From a virus (Duplodnaviria; Caudoviricetes), in IMG/VR virus record IMGVR_UViG_3300020050_009209: a DNA stretch of 64,000 nt; one strand, 5' to 3'. Below the pieces are notes generated by a model. The model was given only the letters and a program-made list of their open reading frames with translations, did no database searches and had not been told where the DNA came from. Made by a program: the position numbers and the translations under genes. Shown piece after piece: positions 39,292 to 49,249 of the stretch. The first letter of the stretch is position 1. The number at the start of each line of letters is the position of its first letter.

Positions 39292-39326
39292 AAAGGGGAC
39301 AAGGGTTGCAGCACCCTGTCCCCTTT
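39292..39326. terminator. GC-rich stem-loop directly upstream of a GGTGTA motif
   Basis: AAAGGGGACA-A-GGGT...ACCC-TGTCCCCTTT. Confidence 0.55.
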
Positions 39327-39341
39327 GGTGTATACATAGGC

Positions 39342-39701
39342 ATGAGTATGGTCAACTTAGGTCTTTACAATCAGGTACTTAGGCTACTAGAAGCTGAAAT
39401 GAGACAGTTTGTGTACCGGGTAAAGCTAAACGATGCCCCAGATATATGGGGTCCCATGCTTATCGTAGGGCAGTCCTTTGTGGACCAGGCCAGACAAGAT
39501 TGGGTTGAGAACGCCCTCCCAAGCCTTAAGCTCAGCGACCTTCACAAGGTTCTCCCTCTAGCTATACAGAGAGCACGAAAGTCCACGACAGACCTTCTAC
39601 AGGACCAGGTACCCGAGGTAAAGTCCCTTGTAGCAAACTTGGATTGCCCAATTGAGTACTTGGTATCGGTAACTATCTCTGACGGTGGGGCCTTAGGATG
39701 A
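39342..39701 (+). CDS. hypothetical protein
   Basis: ATG 9 nt after GGTGTA. Confidence 0.6.
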   Translation: MSMVNLGLYNQVLRLLEAEMRQFVYRVKLNDAPDIWGPMLIVGQSFVDQARQDWVENALPSLKLSDLHKVLPLAIQRARKSTTDLLQDQVPEVKSLVANLDCPIEYLVSVTISDGGALG

Positions 39702-40183
39702 GAGTTGGAGACCTCTACCGAATAGACAATCAGTTGTGGTTGATCGCAAGCTACAACCCGAACGTTAGGACCGGTCAGGCGGTAAGTCCAACTCACGAGA
39801 GAATGACAATTCTGGACGAACCTGATTTGAAGCCTTTCGCGCACCCGCTATCGGAGTGGTATGTGCTTTTGGGTTCGGTACAGAAGAAGGCGGGCCCATA
39901 CACTCAGGTTCAGATTCCAGCGAGTAACGTGACTCTAAAGCCTCACGAGCAATGGGTTCAAGTCATTCCAGACTTAGATGGGGGTAGTATCCTTGTTAAC
40001 CCTAAGGTTACCCTACCCTATGGTACAGTACTTTTAGCTCAACGTGATAATGGGACTGGAGCTAGATTCACGGTACCTCTTAAGTGTCGCACCTTACCTC
40101 AGACGCAAGCTGAGACTCAGAGAGGGATTCCCAAGATTGTGACCAAGAGCAGGTTTGATCGTTTCCGAGACGGTGAGGAATAA
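39698..40183 (+). CDS. hypothetical protein with C-terminal SRFDRF
   Basis: ATGA overlap. Confidence 0.6.
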   Translation: MRVGDLYRIDNQLWLIASYNPNVRTGQAVSPTHERMTILDEPDLKPFAHPLSEWYVLLGSVQKKAGPYTQVQIPASNVTLKPHEQWVQVIPDLDGGSILVNPKVTLPYGTVLLAQRDNGTGARFTVPLKCRTLPQTQAETQRGIPKIVTKSRFDRFRDGEE

Positions 40184-40813
40184 ATGAAGCGGCACCTCCC
40201 TATCCTTGTGAGTAGGTCTGTAGGGGCGACTCAAAACGTACGCCTTGACCTTGCCTCGAAGTTTGAGATGCAGACCAGGCAAAAAATGACAGAGAGCGGG
40301 TCACGAGTGACCTGCACGGTAGGTTGCTCTAGCTGCTGTCACCATCCGATTCAGATCTCTATTTTCGAGGGGATTCTCATCTATCGCTGGCTAGTTCAAA
40401 ACCACAAGTGGACAACTAGACTGAAAGAGAAGCTCAAGAAGGTATCGGATCAACAGTATGGTACAAGCTTCGAGGTGTGGCTACTCTCCAACATCCCATG
40501 CCCTCTCCTAGAGGACAACAAGTGCTCTGTATACAAGGCCAGACCGCTAGTCTGTAGAGCCTACTTTGCTACGAGTGACCCCTACTACTGCCACCCTCAT
40601 CGACTTGGAGTCATGACCCAAATCGTATCGAGGGAGGAAGTGGTAGATGCCTTTAACGCTCAACAGGAGACTGAACTCCGTCAACACAAGCTGCAATTCA
40701 TGACTATGCCTATTGGGGCTGCTGTTTTGCTTGGGGCTCAAGTGTGCGAAGAAGGTCTTGAGCTAGCTAATCTAGATCGGCTAATCTACCAAGAGTACGT
40801 AGAGAAAGGCTAG
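40184..40813 (+). CDS. YkgJ-family Cys-cluster (CxxCxxCC) protein
   Basis: CTVGCSSCC, CPLLEDNKCSVYKARPLVCR. Confidence 0.82.
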   Translation: MKRHLPILVSRSVGATQNVRLDLASKFEMQTRQKMTESGSRVTCTVGCSSCCHHPIQISIFEGILIYRWLVQNHKWTTRLKEKLKKVSDQQYGTSFEVWLLSNIPCPLLEDNKCSVYKARPLVCRAYFATSDPYYCHPHRLGVMTQIVSREEVVDAFNAQQETELRQHKLQFMTMPIGAAVLLGAQVCEEGLELANLDRLIYQEYVEKG

Positions 40814-40818
40814 CTGCT

Positions 40819-41118
40819 GTGAAAGTTACATGCGCCATATGCGCTCGACGTAGAGATGAGAGTTCCTGTAAGGCCATCCCTACTACGAAGGCAGACCGAG
40901 CCCAGTTGCTAAAAATGGGGGAGAAGACCCCTCAAGTGGTGTACCACTACTGTCGACCGTGTCTGCGCATACTAGAGAACCCAGCCACTGCACTCGACCT
41001 ACTTCGTGGTATGATGCGCATTTACGCTCAAGCTGCGGGGGCGTCAAACCCAGACCAGATTGCTAGTAAGTACAAGAGTCAACTAGCTGCGAAGATTCCA
41101 AGGCATAAGCCTTCATAG
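40819..41118 (+). CDS. hypothetical zinc-finger protein
   Basis: CAIC...CRPC. Confidence 0.55.
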   Translation: MKVTCAICARRRDESSCKAIPTTKADRAQLLKMGEKTPQVVYHYCRPCLRILENPATALDLLRGMMRIYAQAAGASNPDQIASKYKSQLAAKIPRHKPS

Positions 41119-41130
41119 TAGAGGAACCCA

Positions 41131-41616
41131 ATGAGTCAAGATGTCGGACGTATGATGGCTGAGGCGCTCAAGTCTCAAATGCCAAGCCTAAAAACTCAAG
41201 CTCAATTCACAGCATTTATGGTGACCTTCGACGCGTTTCGAGGGCTCATGGATGCAACCTTTTCTCTTGACCCCGCTCGTGTCGTAGAGTGCCGGGACGT
41301 GTTTGAGAAAGCACTTAAGGCGTCGAAAGACGTTACGGAGCTTGGGCTCAAGTTCGAGGAGGTACCGCCTGAGAATAGGGGTGTAGCTTCGGATGCCTTC
41401 ACTCAGCCTCCAAAGGAGTACCAAGAGTACGACATCCAAAAGCAACTCATCCTAGAGTTGGAGAAGATTGAGACCTTAGCCGAGCTGTCTAAGTGGTACC
41501 TAGCGACGACCACGTTGAGGAGTCGTGTTGTCTCTCAGGTACTTAGAAATGTGCTGATCGACATGATCCGAGATAAGAGGCTTCTTTTTGAGGCCGCTGA
41601 AAAGGTGGACTCTTGA
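41131..41616 (+). CDS. hypothetical protein
   Basis: GAGG RBS. Confidence 0.6.
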   Translation: MSQDVGRMMAEALKSQMPSLKTQAQFTAFMVTFDAFRGLMDATFSLDPARVVECRDVFEKALKASKDVTELGLKFEEVPPENRGVASDAFTQPPKEYQEYDIQKQLILELEKIETLAELSKWYLATTTLRSRVVSQVLRNVLIDMIRDKRLLFEAAEKVDS

Positions 41617-42614
41617 TTACGACGGATCGGCTAAGGGCCGTACATACGATTGTCACGCATGCTAATTGCCCAGATGGTATAGCCTCGGCAATCCTACTCC
41701 ATGACGTACTACCTGAGGCGAAGATAGTATTCGTACAGCACCAAACACTGGAGCACAAGAGTCTACCCGTATCTGAAGGGGTGCTGTTTGTCGACTTTGC
41801 TCCCCATGAGACCCAAGCTCAGCAGTTCGTAGAAGCTGGAGCTATGATTCTTGACCACCACAAGACCGCAAGGGCTATCGTAGAGGCCTTTGGGGATAAC
41901 GGTAGGTTTGGGGATGAGGTACAGGACCCTGGGGTGTGTGGGGCCGTCCTGGCTTTCAACCATGTTTGGGCGCCACTAAAGAGTCCTAGCTACCTAATTC
42001 CTAAGCCCCCACTAAAGGAATACCAGATAGCTAAGGACTTCGCAACGCTCGCTGGGGTTCGAGATACCTGGCAAAAGGACAGTCCAGATTGGCACAGAGC
42101 CTGTGTTCAAGCTGAGATGTTAAGGTTCTTCCCCATTGAGACCTTACTGGCGGATACCTGCCCATTCCTAAACTCCAACCAGAGTCGATGGCTACCTCGT
42201 ATGGAGATAGGGGAGCTACTGATCGCAAAGCATACGAAGTCAACCCAAAAGGCAGTGGCTAAGTCCTTCAAGTTTAAGAGCTTAGCTGGGACTCGGGTTG
42301 TAATGCTCAGTAACGTAGGTGCGGTAAACGATGCCGCAGAGCTACTACGAGAAGAGGCTGATCTTGTAGTTGCCTTTGGTTACGAGGTAGAGGACAACAT
42401 GCCCAAGATCTACTTCTCCACCAGGACAGGAAGGTCGTTCGATTGTGGCACCTTCTGTAAGGACCATGGAGGCGGAGGACACACCAAAGCTGCTGGCTTT
42501 AACATGCCTCTTCCTGTCCTAAATCCTTACACAACCTTTCGCCAAGTACTGGATAATTGGGAGATGAATCACGCATCGCCTCAGTTACCTCTTCTGCCTA
42601 TCCACCCTATATGA
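41613..42614 (+). CDS. DHH/DHHA1 phosphoesterase
   Basis: HANCPDG, FVDF, LDHHKT, GGGGHTKAAGF. Confidence 0.85.
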   Translation: MITTDRLRAVHTIVTHANCPDGIASAILLHDVLPEAKIVFVQHQTLEHKSLPVSEGVLFVDFAPHETQAQQFVEAGAMILDHHKTARAIVEAFGDNGRFGDEVQDPGVCGAVLAFNHVWAPLKSPSYLIPKPPLKEYQIAKDFATLAGVRDTWQKDSPDWHRACVQAEMLRFFPIETLLADTCPFLNSNQSRWLPRMEIGELLIAKHTKSTQKAVAKSFKFKSLAGTRVVMLSNVGAVNDAAELLREEADLVVAFGYEVEDNMPKIYFSTRTGRSFDCGTFCKDHGGGGHTKAAGFNMPLPVLNPYTTFRQVLDNWEMNHASPQLPLLPIHPI

Positions 42615-42621
42615 AACCAAT

Positions 42622-43881
42622 GTAAACTACCTCGTCCTAAAAGGGAGAGGCTTTGTGCTTTACGCCACAAACTTTTGTAACTGAACTCCGGGGCTCACAA
42701 CCCCATCATCGTTCGCTACAATAGGCTGGTTTACAGCAGCCCTTGAAGAAATATTTCTCGCTCCTACATGATCGGCATGTCCCTCAAACCCACAACCCAC
42801 ACAGAGAAACTCGGATTGCGTCTTCCGGTTCCTCTTGTCGATTGTTCCACATTCTGGACAACTCTGACTCGTGTAGGCTGCGTTCACCAACCGCACACTC
42901 ACGCCTGCAAGCAGCGCCTTGTAAGTGATGAACCCTCGCAGCTGGTAAAATGCCCATCCAGCATGCTTCGCTCGTTGGCTTTTCCTAACCGTTACCCGGA
43001 CGCGAATTCCCTTGAGGTTCTCAAGAGCAATTCCGCGTCCGGTGTCTCTAGCCTTCGTTACGATGCATTTACTGATGCGATGATTCTCGATGGATCGAAA
43101 TCTGGCCTCCTTACCCGAGATTTTCTTGAGTCGTCGTTTAGCGCTCTTGGTTCCGCAAGCTTGAAGTCTTTGCCGATGCGAAGAGTACCTCTGGCGGGCA
43201 GCTTCAACTTCTGCCCCAGAATGAAACTCGGCATCGGAGTCCACCGCAAGATTGCGGATCCCAAGGTCGACCCCGAGCCAACCCTCTGGGTCAATAGGGG
43301 AGCCGTCTGGAACATCTACGGTCACAAAGAGGTAAAGCTTACCCCTGCGGTAAACGAGATCAGCTTGTCCTCTAACGCCTTCAAGACGAGCACGATGGTA
43401 GGACCCGATGGCACACGGAACCGTGATACGACCATTGAGGGTCAAGATCGAGAGTCGGTCCAGACCGTTCTTGAAAGTGTAGAGTCGTTGGTCATATGGG
43501 AACGACCCGAGCGGGTTAAACTTGGGAAGCTTGGCCTTATCTCTTTTGTAGACTTCGCAGACTTTACTGATAGCTCGTACGGCATGTTGAGCGCTGAGAT
43601 CGAATGTCTTGCGGATCTCGTGGTAGAAGAGCTTCTGAAGCCTAAGTTTGTCAGCCGTTCGAAGCTTAAAAGCTTTCTCGGCGATCCAGTCGCAAGCTGC
43701 ATTGGCACGGCGAAGTGTCTCCAAAAGGCGTTCCTTCTGGGCTTCATCGGTCAAGAGCTGCACGGTAGCGATCAGTTTCATCTCATAGATACAAGACGTA
43801 TAAGTAAACCCTCAACCAAAGAGAGCGTTTTCTTTCTGCCTTCAGGCGGAGGAGGAAGCGCTGAGATATGTGAAAACCCAA
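42622..43881 (-). mobile_element. IS200/IS605-superfamily solo-tnpB (IS1341-like) element; left end approximate
   Basis: tnpB without tnpA; minus-strand 3' end AAGCCTCTCCCTTTTAGGACGAGGTAGTTTAC; hairpin-like CTTCCTCCTCCGCCTGAAGGCAGAAAG near the other end. Confidence 0.75.
42660..43781 (-). CDS. tnpB: TnpB RNA-guided endonuclease
   Basis: RuvC GVDLG, IALENL, HADHVGARNI; zinc finger TSQSCPECG...CVGCG. Confidence 0.93.
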   Translation of the reverse strand: MKLIATVQLLTDEAQKERLLETLRRANAACDWIAEKAFKLRTADKLRLQKLFYHEIRKTFDLSAQHAVRAISKVCEVYKRDKAKLPKFNPLGSFPYDQRLYTFKNGLDRLSILTLNGRITVPCAIGSYHRARLEGVRGQADLVYRRGKLYLFVTVDVPDGSPIDPEGWLGVDLGIRNLAVDSDAEFHSGAEVEAARQRYSSHRQRLQACGTKSAKRRLKKISGKEARFRSIENHRISKCIVTKARDTGRGIALENLKGIRVRVTVRKSQRAKHAGWAFYQLRGFITYKALLAGVSVRLVNAAYTSQSCPECGTIDKRNRKTQSEFLCVGCGFEGHADHVGARNISSRAAVNQPIVANDDGVVSPGVQLQKFVA

Positions 43882-44082
43882 ATGAATGAAGAAGACTTCG
43901 AGGATGTGGTTAAGCTCGCATTGACTGGTTACGCCAAGGAGAACGATCTGCCTTTGCTCGTGGAGACCGTTCAAGAGAAGGGGTTCAACGAGGGGGCTGG
44001 ACTGGTTGTCCGCCTAGGTGGAAACGAGTTCTGTCTGGCGATTCGACAAACGCTATTTGAGGATGCCGAGGTTGGACAGTGA
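43882..44082 (+). CDS. hypothetical protein (alternative GTG start 43870)
   Basis: GTGA overlap with methylase. Confidence 0.55.
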   Translation: MNEEDFEDVVKLALTGYAKENDLPLLVETVQEKGFNEGAGLVVRLGGNEFCLAIRQTLFEDAEVGQ

Positions 44083-45050
44083 GTTCCATGTGCTGCCCTC
44101 AATGCGGAACCGGACGATGGATCAAGGGTGACAAGTGCTGTGTTTGCAACTCGACTGTTGTTGACCTAACGGTGGTCGCGAAGGAGCTGGATCTAAGTGT
44201 AGCCAAGCCCTTCGTGAAATGGGCTGGGGGTAAGAGACAGCTTGTCTCGAAGATTTTAACCAAGATCTCTAGTCCAATCAATACCTACTACGAGCCTTTT
44301 GTCGGAGGTGGGGCCCTGTTTTTTGCTCTTGCAAACAGGAAGTTGTTCACGGATGCTGTGCTGAATGACGTAAACAAAGAGCTGATTCTGACTTACAGCG
44401 TTATTCGAGAGCCTACTCAGCTTTCGACACTGATTGAGCTGCTAGCAACCTACCCAAACACCAAGGAATTCTTCCTTGAGGTCAGAGCTAAGCAACCAAG
44501 TAAGGAGCTACTTAGCGACCCAGACCTGTACTACTCTCAGGAGGGGGTTGAGATTGCGGCTCGGTTCATCTACTTGAATAAGACCGGGTTCAACGGTCTT
44601 TACCGAGTAAACAAGAGTGGTGGATTCAACGTCCCCTTTGGGAAGGCTGCAAACCCTACCATCTGTGATGCTCTCAATCTACGAGCCGTCTCGAAGGTCC
44701 TTGCGAAAGAGAGGGTAAGGTGCGTGGACTTTGATCTCGCAACCGCAGAAGCCCAAGCAGGAGACCTGGTTTACTTCGACCCCCCGTACATCCCAAGGAC
44801 GGAGACCTCTAACTTTACAGCGTATACCGCTGAGGGGTTTGGCCTCTCCGAGCACAGACGACTAGCTGCAACGTTCAGTCGATTGGCGAGGGAAGGAGTC
44901 AGAGTACTCCTCTCGAACTCCGATATGCCCGTAATTCGAGAGTTGTACTCTGACTTTCAAGTGGATACCGTAGAGGCAAAGCGCTCCATCAACAGTGACG
45001 GAACGAAACGTGGGCTAGTTACCGAACTTCTGGTGAGTGCAAATCTCTAA
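44079..45050 (+). CDS. Dam-like (D12 class) N6-adenine DNA methyltransferase with N-terminal zinc ribbon
   Basis: PFVKWAGGK, YYEPFVGGG, FNGLYRVN, YFDPPY, LLSNS. Confidence 0.9.
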   Translation: MSSMCCPQCGTGRWIKGDKCCVCNSTVVDLTVVAKELDLSVAKPFVKWAGGKRQLVSKILTKISSPINTYYEPFVGGGALFFALANRKLFTDAVLNDVNKELILTYSVIREPTQLSTLIELLATYPNTKEFFLEVRAKQPSKELLSDPDLYYSQEGVEIAARFIYLNKTGFNGLYRVNKSGGFNVPFGKAANPTICDALNLRAVSKVLAKERVRCVDFDLATAEAQAGDLVYFDPPYIPRTETSNFTAYTAEGFGLSEHRRLAATFSRLAREGVRVLLSNSDMPVIRELYSDFQVDTVEAKRSINSDGTKRGLVTELLVSANL

Positions 45051-45098
45051 GGTCAGTGGGGTGGGTACGGTAATCTACTTATCATACCCACCCTATAG

Positions 45099-45455
45099 AT
45101 GCCAGATGACAAGAGATGGGAACGTCGACAGAGGGTAACGAAAGCTAGGAAGGCCCTTAGGGACCAGATTATAGCTTACAAGGGTGGGAAGTGTGAGATT
45201 TGCGCCTACGACAAATGCCCGTCTGCGTTTGACTTGCACCACCTGAACCCAGACGAGAAGGAGTTCAACATTTCCTCTCGGATGACCTCCTTTGAGGCTA
45301 TCCGAGCTGAGTTGGATAAGTGTGTGCTGCTTTGTTGTCGATGCCACCGGGAGGTACATGACGGGTGGCACCCTCAGTACCTTGTCTGGGAAGACTCGGA
45401 TGCTGGAGGCCCACTGGACGAGGAGTTACCTGACTTCCTTGCGGAGCTGGAATGA
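45099..45455 (+). CDS. HNH endonuclease
   Basis: CEICAY, DLHHLNP, LLCCRCHREVH. Confidence 0.82.
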   Translation: MPDDKRWERRQRVTKARKALRDQIIAYKGGKCEICAYDKCPSAFDLHHLNPDEKEFNISSRMTSFEAIRAELDKCVLLCCRCHREVHDGWHPQYLVWEDSDAGGPLDEELPDFLAELE

Positions 45456-45655
45456 GTGACCACTACACTAGAGCTTGGGCCGACCATATGAGCATTCTCG
45501 ATATTCTCCGCCTACTAGACATGCGATGGCGTGAGGAATGCCGTAAAGAAGACGAAGAGTACGTTGCTAACTTGATTGCCAAGAATCGACCACCGAAGGG
45601 TGACAAGAGACTACTTACACATGCCCCTGCAATTGACAAAACAAGGGATACGTAA
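45452..45655 (+). CDS. hypothetical protein
   Basis: ATGA overlap. Confidence 0.45.
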   Translation: MSDHYTRAWADHMSILDILRLLDMRWREECRKEDEEYVANLIAKNRPPKGDKRLLTHAPAIDKTRDT

Positions 45656-45885
45656 CCTCGATCTAATACCTACTCCTTCCCGAGAGTCACGTATTCTACC
45701 TCCGAATTGCGACCATCGAAAGATGGGAATTTGCTGCTACGTGATCGCAGCGTCCGGTGTATTCGTTGGCAAGCGCATTCCTTGTGGCAATCTTATGTGT
45801 AGAGGGTGTGGCCTCACTTGGGATATCGCAGCTGAGCACTGATGAAGTCTTGACTGTAGTAACTTACTTATACGCCATGTAAGAC

Positions 45886-46074
45886 ATGAGTAACAGAATC
45901 AGTCGTACCTTTCGGATGCCCGAAGCACTCTCACTTAGGGTTGAAGCTGTCAGAATTGAGATGTCGAAGAGATCCATGGAGGTGGCAGTTGATCGCACGG
46001 CGGTCTTGTGTCTTTTACTGGAACATGGGCTAGACCAACTAGAGTTGAAGTTAAAGGCCTCTGGTGGGTTGTGA
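45886..46074 (+). CDS. ribbon-helix-helix-like DNA-binding protein
   Basis: RTFRMPEALSLRVE...DRTAVLCLLLEHGL. Confidence 0.6.
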   Translation: MSNRISRTFRMPEALSLRVEAVRIEMSKRSMEVAVDRTAVLCLLLEHGLDQLELKLKASGGL

Positions 46075-46913
46075 AGCCCGATAGCCTAAAACCTTGGGCT
46101 ATCTATAAGCTCACAGACCCACGTGAGCCTGATGTTGTTAGGTACATTGGCAAAACGCACCTCGCTGACCCCAGACGTCGCCTTCGAAAACACCTGACTG
46201 AGGCTGTGTCCGGACGGGATAAAACTTACTGCGGTAACTGGAAAAGGTCACTACTGGACGCTGGGGTCGAACCCTGTCTAACCATCATTGAATTAGGGGA
46301 AGGAGAAGGATGGGCGGATGCTGAGATGTATTGGATCACACACTATCAAAATGACGCTCGCTCACGTCTGACTAACTTGACGAAAGGGGGCGTAGGCATA
46401 GTTGGGTATCAGCATAGCCCTGAGACGAGAGAAAAGATTGCAGGCGCTCTTCTTGGTCACGTGGTATCCGTGACCACACGAGAAAAACTTCGTCATGCTA
46501 ACACCGGTCGTATTGCACCCAGAGATCAAGTGGAAAGATCATCGGCTGCCCGTCGAGGCAAAAAACGGTCTGCATCTGCGATTGAGAAAACAGCCGCTGC
46601 GAAGAGGGGTACAAAACACACCCCCGAAGCTATTGAGAAAATGAGAGCTTCCAAGCTTGGTCAAAAGCATACTGAGGAGGCAAAAGCCAAAATTAGTGCA
46701 GCTAATAAGGGGAAAATCCTATCCCCTGAATCCAGAGCCAAGATAGCCGCTGCCGCAATAGGGCGTATACTGTCGGACGAGACCAAAGCCAAGATGAATG
46801 CCGCCAAAAGGGGCCGAAAACAAACCACAGAAACTATTGCTAAACGAGTGGCCACTCGAAAAATCAATCGTGAGTCAAGAAAAGAGCGCAAAGATGAGCA
46901 CTACGTCGCATAA
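46071..46913 (+). CDS. GIY-YIG homing endonuclease with NUMOD3 repeats
   Basis: AIYKLTDP...RYIGKT, AEMYWI, LTNLTKGG; repeats HSPETREKI, HTPEAIEKM, HTEEAKAKIS. Confidence 0.88.
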   Translation: MKPDSLKPWAIYKLTDPREPDVVRYIGKTHLADPRRRLRKHLTEAVSGRDKTYCGNWKRSLLDAGVEPCLTIIELGEGEGWADAEMYWITHYQNDARSRLTNLTKGGVGIVGYQHSPETREKIAGALLGHVVSVTTREKLRHANTGRIAPRDQVERSSAARRGKKRSASAIEKTAAAKRGTKHTPEAIEKMRASKLGQKHTEEAKAKISAANKGKILSPESRAKIAAAAIGRILSDETKAKMNAAKRGRKQTTETIAKRVATRKINRESRKERKDEHYVA

Positions 46914-49176
46914 GATCAGTCCAAATCTGTACCTCGTTCGCCAGGAGATCACAAGGAAGCCAACTGTTCAACGGGTAGAACAACCAACCAATTATATATT
47001 CGTGTGTGACGTGTCCGGCTCTATGTCCAGCGATCTACCGATGATCCGAGAGCAACTTAAGAAGAAACTCCCCAAACTCCTCCGGGAGATGGATACAATT
47101 TCGATCATATTCTTCTCTGGACGCAAGGAGTTTGGAGTTATTCTGGAGGCCGAGCCTGTTGCCACCCTTGCCGATCTAAAAGACGTAAATACAGCAATTG
47201 ACCGCTGGCTTAAGCCAGTTGGTCTCACTGGGTTCAAAGACCCTTTGGAAGAGGTTATAGCACTGACCAAGAGGGTCTCCAAGATCAACAAAAGTACGTT
47301 CGCTCTCTTGTTCTTATCTGACGGCCATGATAATTGCTCTCCTCGTGGAGATGTGCTCAATGCCGTTGAGCAAGCTGGCAAATGCGTTGCATCAGTAACC
47401 ATTATTGAGTACGGCTACTACGCAGATCGACCCCTGCTTACCGCCATGGCGGAGAAGGCAGGCGGTAGCCTCATTCACGCAAACGCCTTCGACAAGTTCC
47501 AGCCTATCTTTGAAGCCTCGATGGCAAAGCGCCCTCTTGGAGCCTCCAAGGTTGAGGTGTCCATCTCTGGGGATGCGATTGGAGGATTTGTCTGGTCCCA
47601 AGAGAGTGGAGACCTGACAACTTACTCGATCGATGGCGATAAGGTACGTGTTACTGAGGGCACTGGAGATCTTTGGTACTTGTCCCCTAAGCCCAATGGA
47701 CTTGAGCACAAGCTTGAGAACTCCTTTGCTCCACTCTATGCGGCAATGAGTTTGTTCTCGGTTCGGATGAAGCCAGAGGTCATCTTTCCGCTCCTCAAGG
47801 CAACGGGGGACGTAAAGTTCATCGAAGACTTTGCCTCCTGCTTTGGTAAGCAGAAGTACAGTGAGTTCATGGATGCTACGAAGGCTGCGGCTTTCAATCC
47901 TAAGTTGTGCTTTAGCAAGGGCTATGACCCCAATAAGGTCCCAGCCGACGATGCTTACACAATCCTCGACTTGCTGAAGCTACTCTCATCCGATGAAGCT
48001 AACCGCGTTCTGTTGGATCACCCAGACTTCAAGTTTAGCTGCATCTCTCGTAAGCGAGTGGACGCAGCGAGTGTTCTGACCGAGGATGAGCAGAAGCAGG
48101 TAGCTGAGATCAGCAGCAAGCTAGCTACCGAAAAGAGCGCAGCCAAGCTGAAGGAGCTTCAAGCCGAGTTGTCTGCAATCACGGCCAAGAAGAATCCTTT
48201 GAAGTTCACGCAGACCTTGCAGCCAGAGGGGTACGCTATCTCCTCTCTCACCTTCAATGAGGACCGTCCCAACGTCAGCATGAAGCTGAAGCTTGAGGGG
48301 ACGGTAGACTTGACAGGTAGGCTCCCAGAGGGAAGTAAGATTCCAGATCAATTCTCTACCTTCCAGTACCGGGATCGTAACGTGGTAGCCGATGGTCTCG
48401 TCAACATGGAGCAACTTCCTGTCCGTGTAACGAAGGCCACGGCAAACGCCCTATCCAAGGTCCTACCCGCTGCGGCTCTTCCTGCGAAGATGATCGTAAG
48501 CAAGGACTACGTAGAGGGGACGATCAACCTCACGGCTCTTCCTGTCATCAACCGTCAAATGTGCAAGACGGCTTCAGCTGCAACCCTGTTCCGCACCCAG
48601 TTCCAGCTGGAGAAGGCTCGGGCAGCTCAAAAGGTGTACAAGGCCTACAAGGATGAGCGGGTTGCGAAGAAGGAGTCCAAGTCTTACCAAGAGACGTATG
48701 GAGCTACCGACGCAGAGTGGCTTAAGGACCAAGGGTTTACGGACTACAGCGGGTTCTCGCCAAAGATGGTCCAGGCAGAGAGCACTGACTTCTACGTAGG
48801 TAAGGCTCTTGAGGTGTCCCTTAAGGGGTACTCCAAGCTTCCCTCGATGACGGAGTACAAGAAGCAAGCCTCTACGAACAAGTTCAATGGGCCTGGACTG
48901 CTCATGAAGCCAGTCGTTGAAGAGGTTGAGGCCTACTTGAACTCGAAGCCTTCAGAGGCTGAAGTCCTTGCTTGGCTTGAGACCAAGACGAAGGCCTCTG
49001 TCAAGGCGGCTCGGGACCTCATCTTTGAGCTTGCTCAAGTGAAGTTTGCAATCGTAGTTGGCCAAGGTTGGTTTGAGGAGTTCTCTTCTCTTGACGAGAA
49101 CTCCCTAACTCTGGAAGTCGATGGGGTCCAGCTAGCTGGCAAAGTCGAGATGAAAGAGATCCAAGTAAAGCTATGA
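46894..49176 (+). CDS. vWA (MIDAS) domain protein
   Basis: FVCDVSGSM, GLTGF, FLSDG. Confidence 0.8.
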   Translation: MSTTSHKISPNLYLVRQEITRKPTVQRVEQPTNYIFVCDVSGSMSSDLPMIREQLKKKLPKLLREMDTISIIFFSGRKEFGVILEAEPVATLADLKDVNTAIDRWLKPVGLTGFKDPLEEVIALTKRVSKINKSTFALLFLSDGHDNCSPRGDVLNAVEQAGKCVASVTIIEYGYYADRPLLTAMAEKAGGSLIHANAFDKFQPIFEASMAKRPLGASKVEVSISGDAIGGFVWSQESGDLTTYSIDGDKVRVTEGTGDLWYLSPKPNGLEHKLENSFAPLYAAMSLFSVRMKPEVIFPLLKATGDVKFIEDFASCFGKQKYSEFMDATKAAAFNPKLCFSKGYDPNKVPADDAYTILDLLKLLSSDEANRVLLDHPDFKFSCISRKRVDAASVLTEDEQKQVAEISSKLATEKSAAKLKELQAELSAITAKKNPLKFTQTLQPEGYAISSLTFNEDRPNVSMKLKLEGTVDLTGRLPEGSKIPDQFSTFQYRDRNVVADGLVNMEQLPVRVTKATANALSKVLPAAALPAKMIVSKDYVEGTINLTALPVINRQMCKTASAATLFRTQFQLEKARAAQKVYKAYKDERVAKKESKSYQETYGATDAEWLKDQGFTDYSGFSPKMVQAESTDFYVGKALEVSLKGYSKLPSMTEYKKQASTNKFNGPGLLMKPVVEEVEAYLNSKPSEAEVLAWLETKTKASVKAARDLIFELAQVKFAIVVGQGWFEEFSSLDENSLTLEVDGVQLAGKVEMKEIQVKL

Positions 49177-49249
49177 GTACGTCAGGCCGATTTCAGGACC
49201 CAAAAGAGGGTACAGCAGACCCTAGAGATGAAAGAAGTACAGGTTAAGA

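Noticed and set aside
42768..43889. 373-aa plus-strand ORF
   Set aside because: Antisense shadow of tnpB with no recognisable motifs
44079..45455. Methylase plus HNH as a restriction-modification pair
   Set aside because: Both are common solitary phage genes; adjacency alone is insufficient
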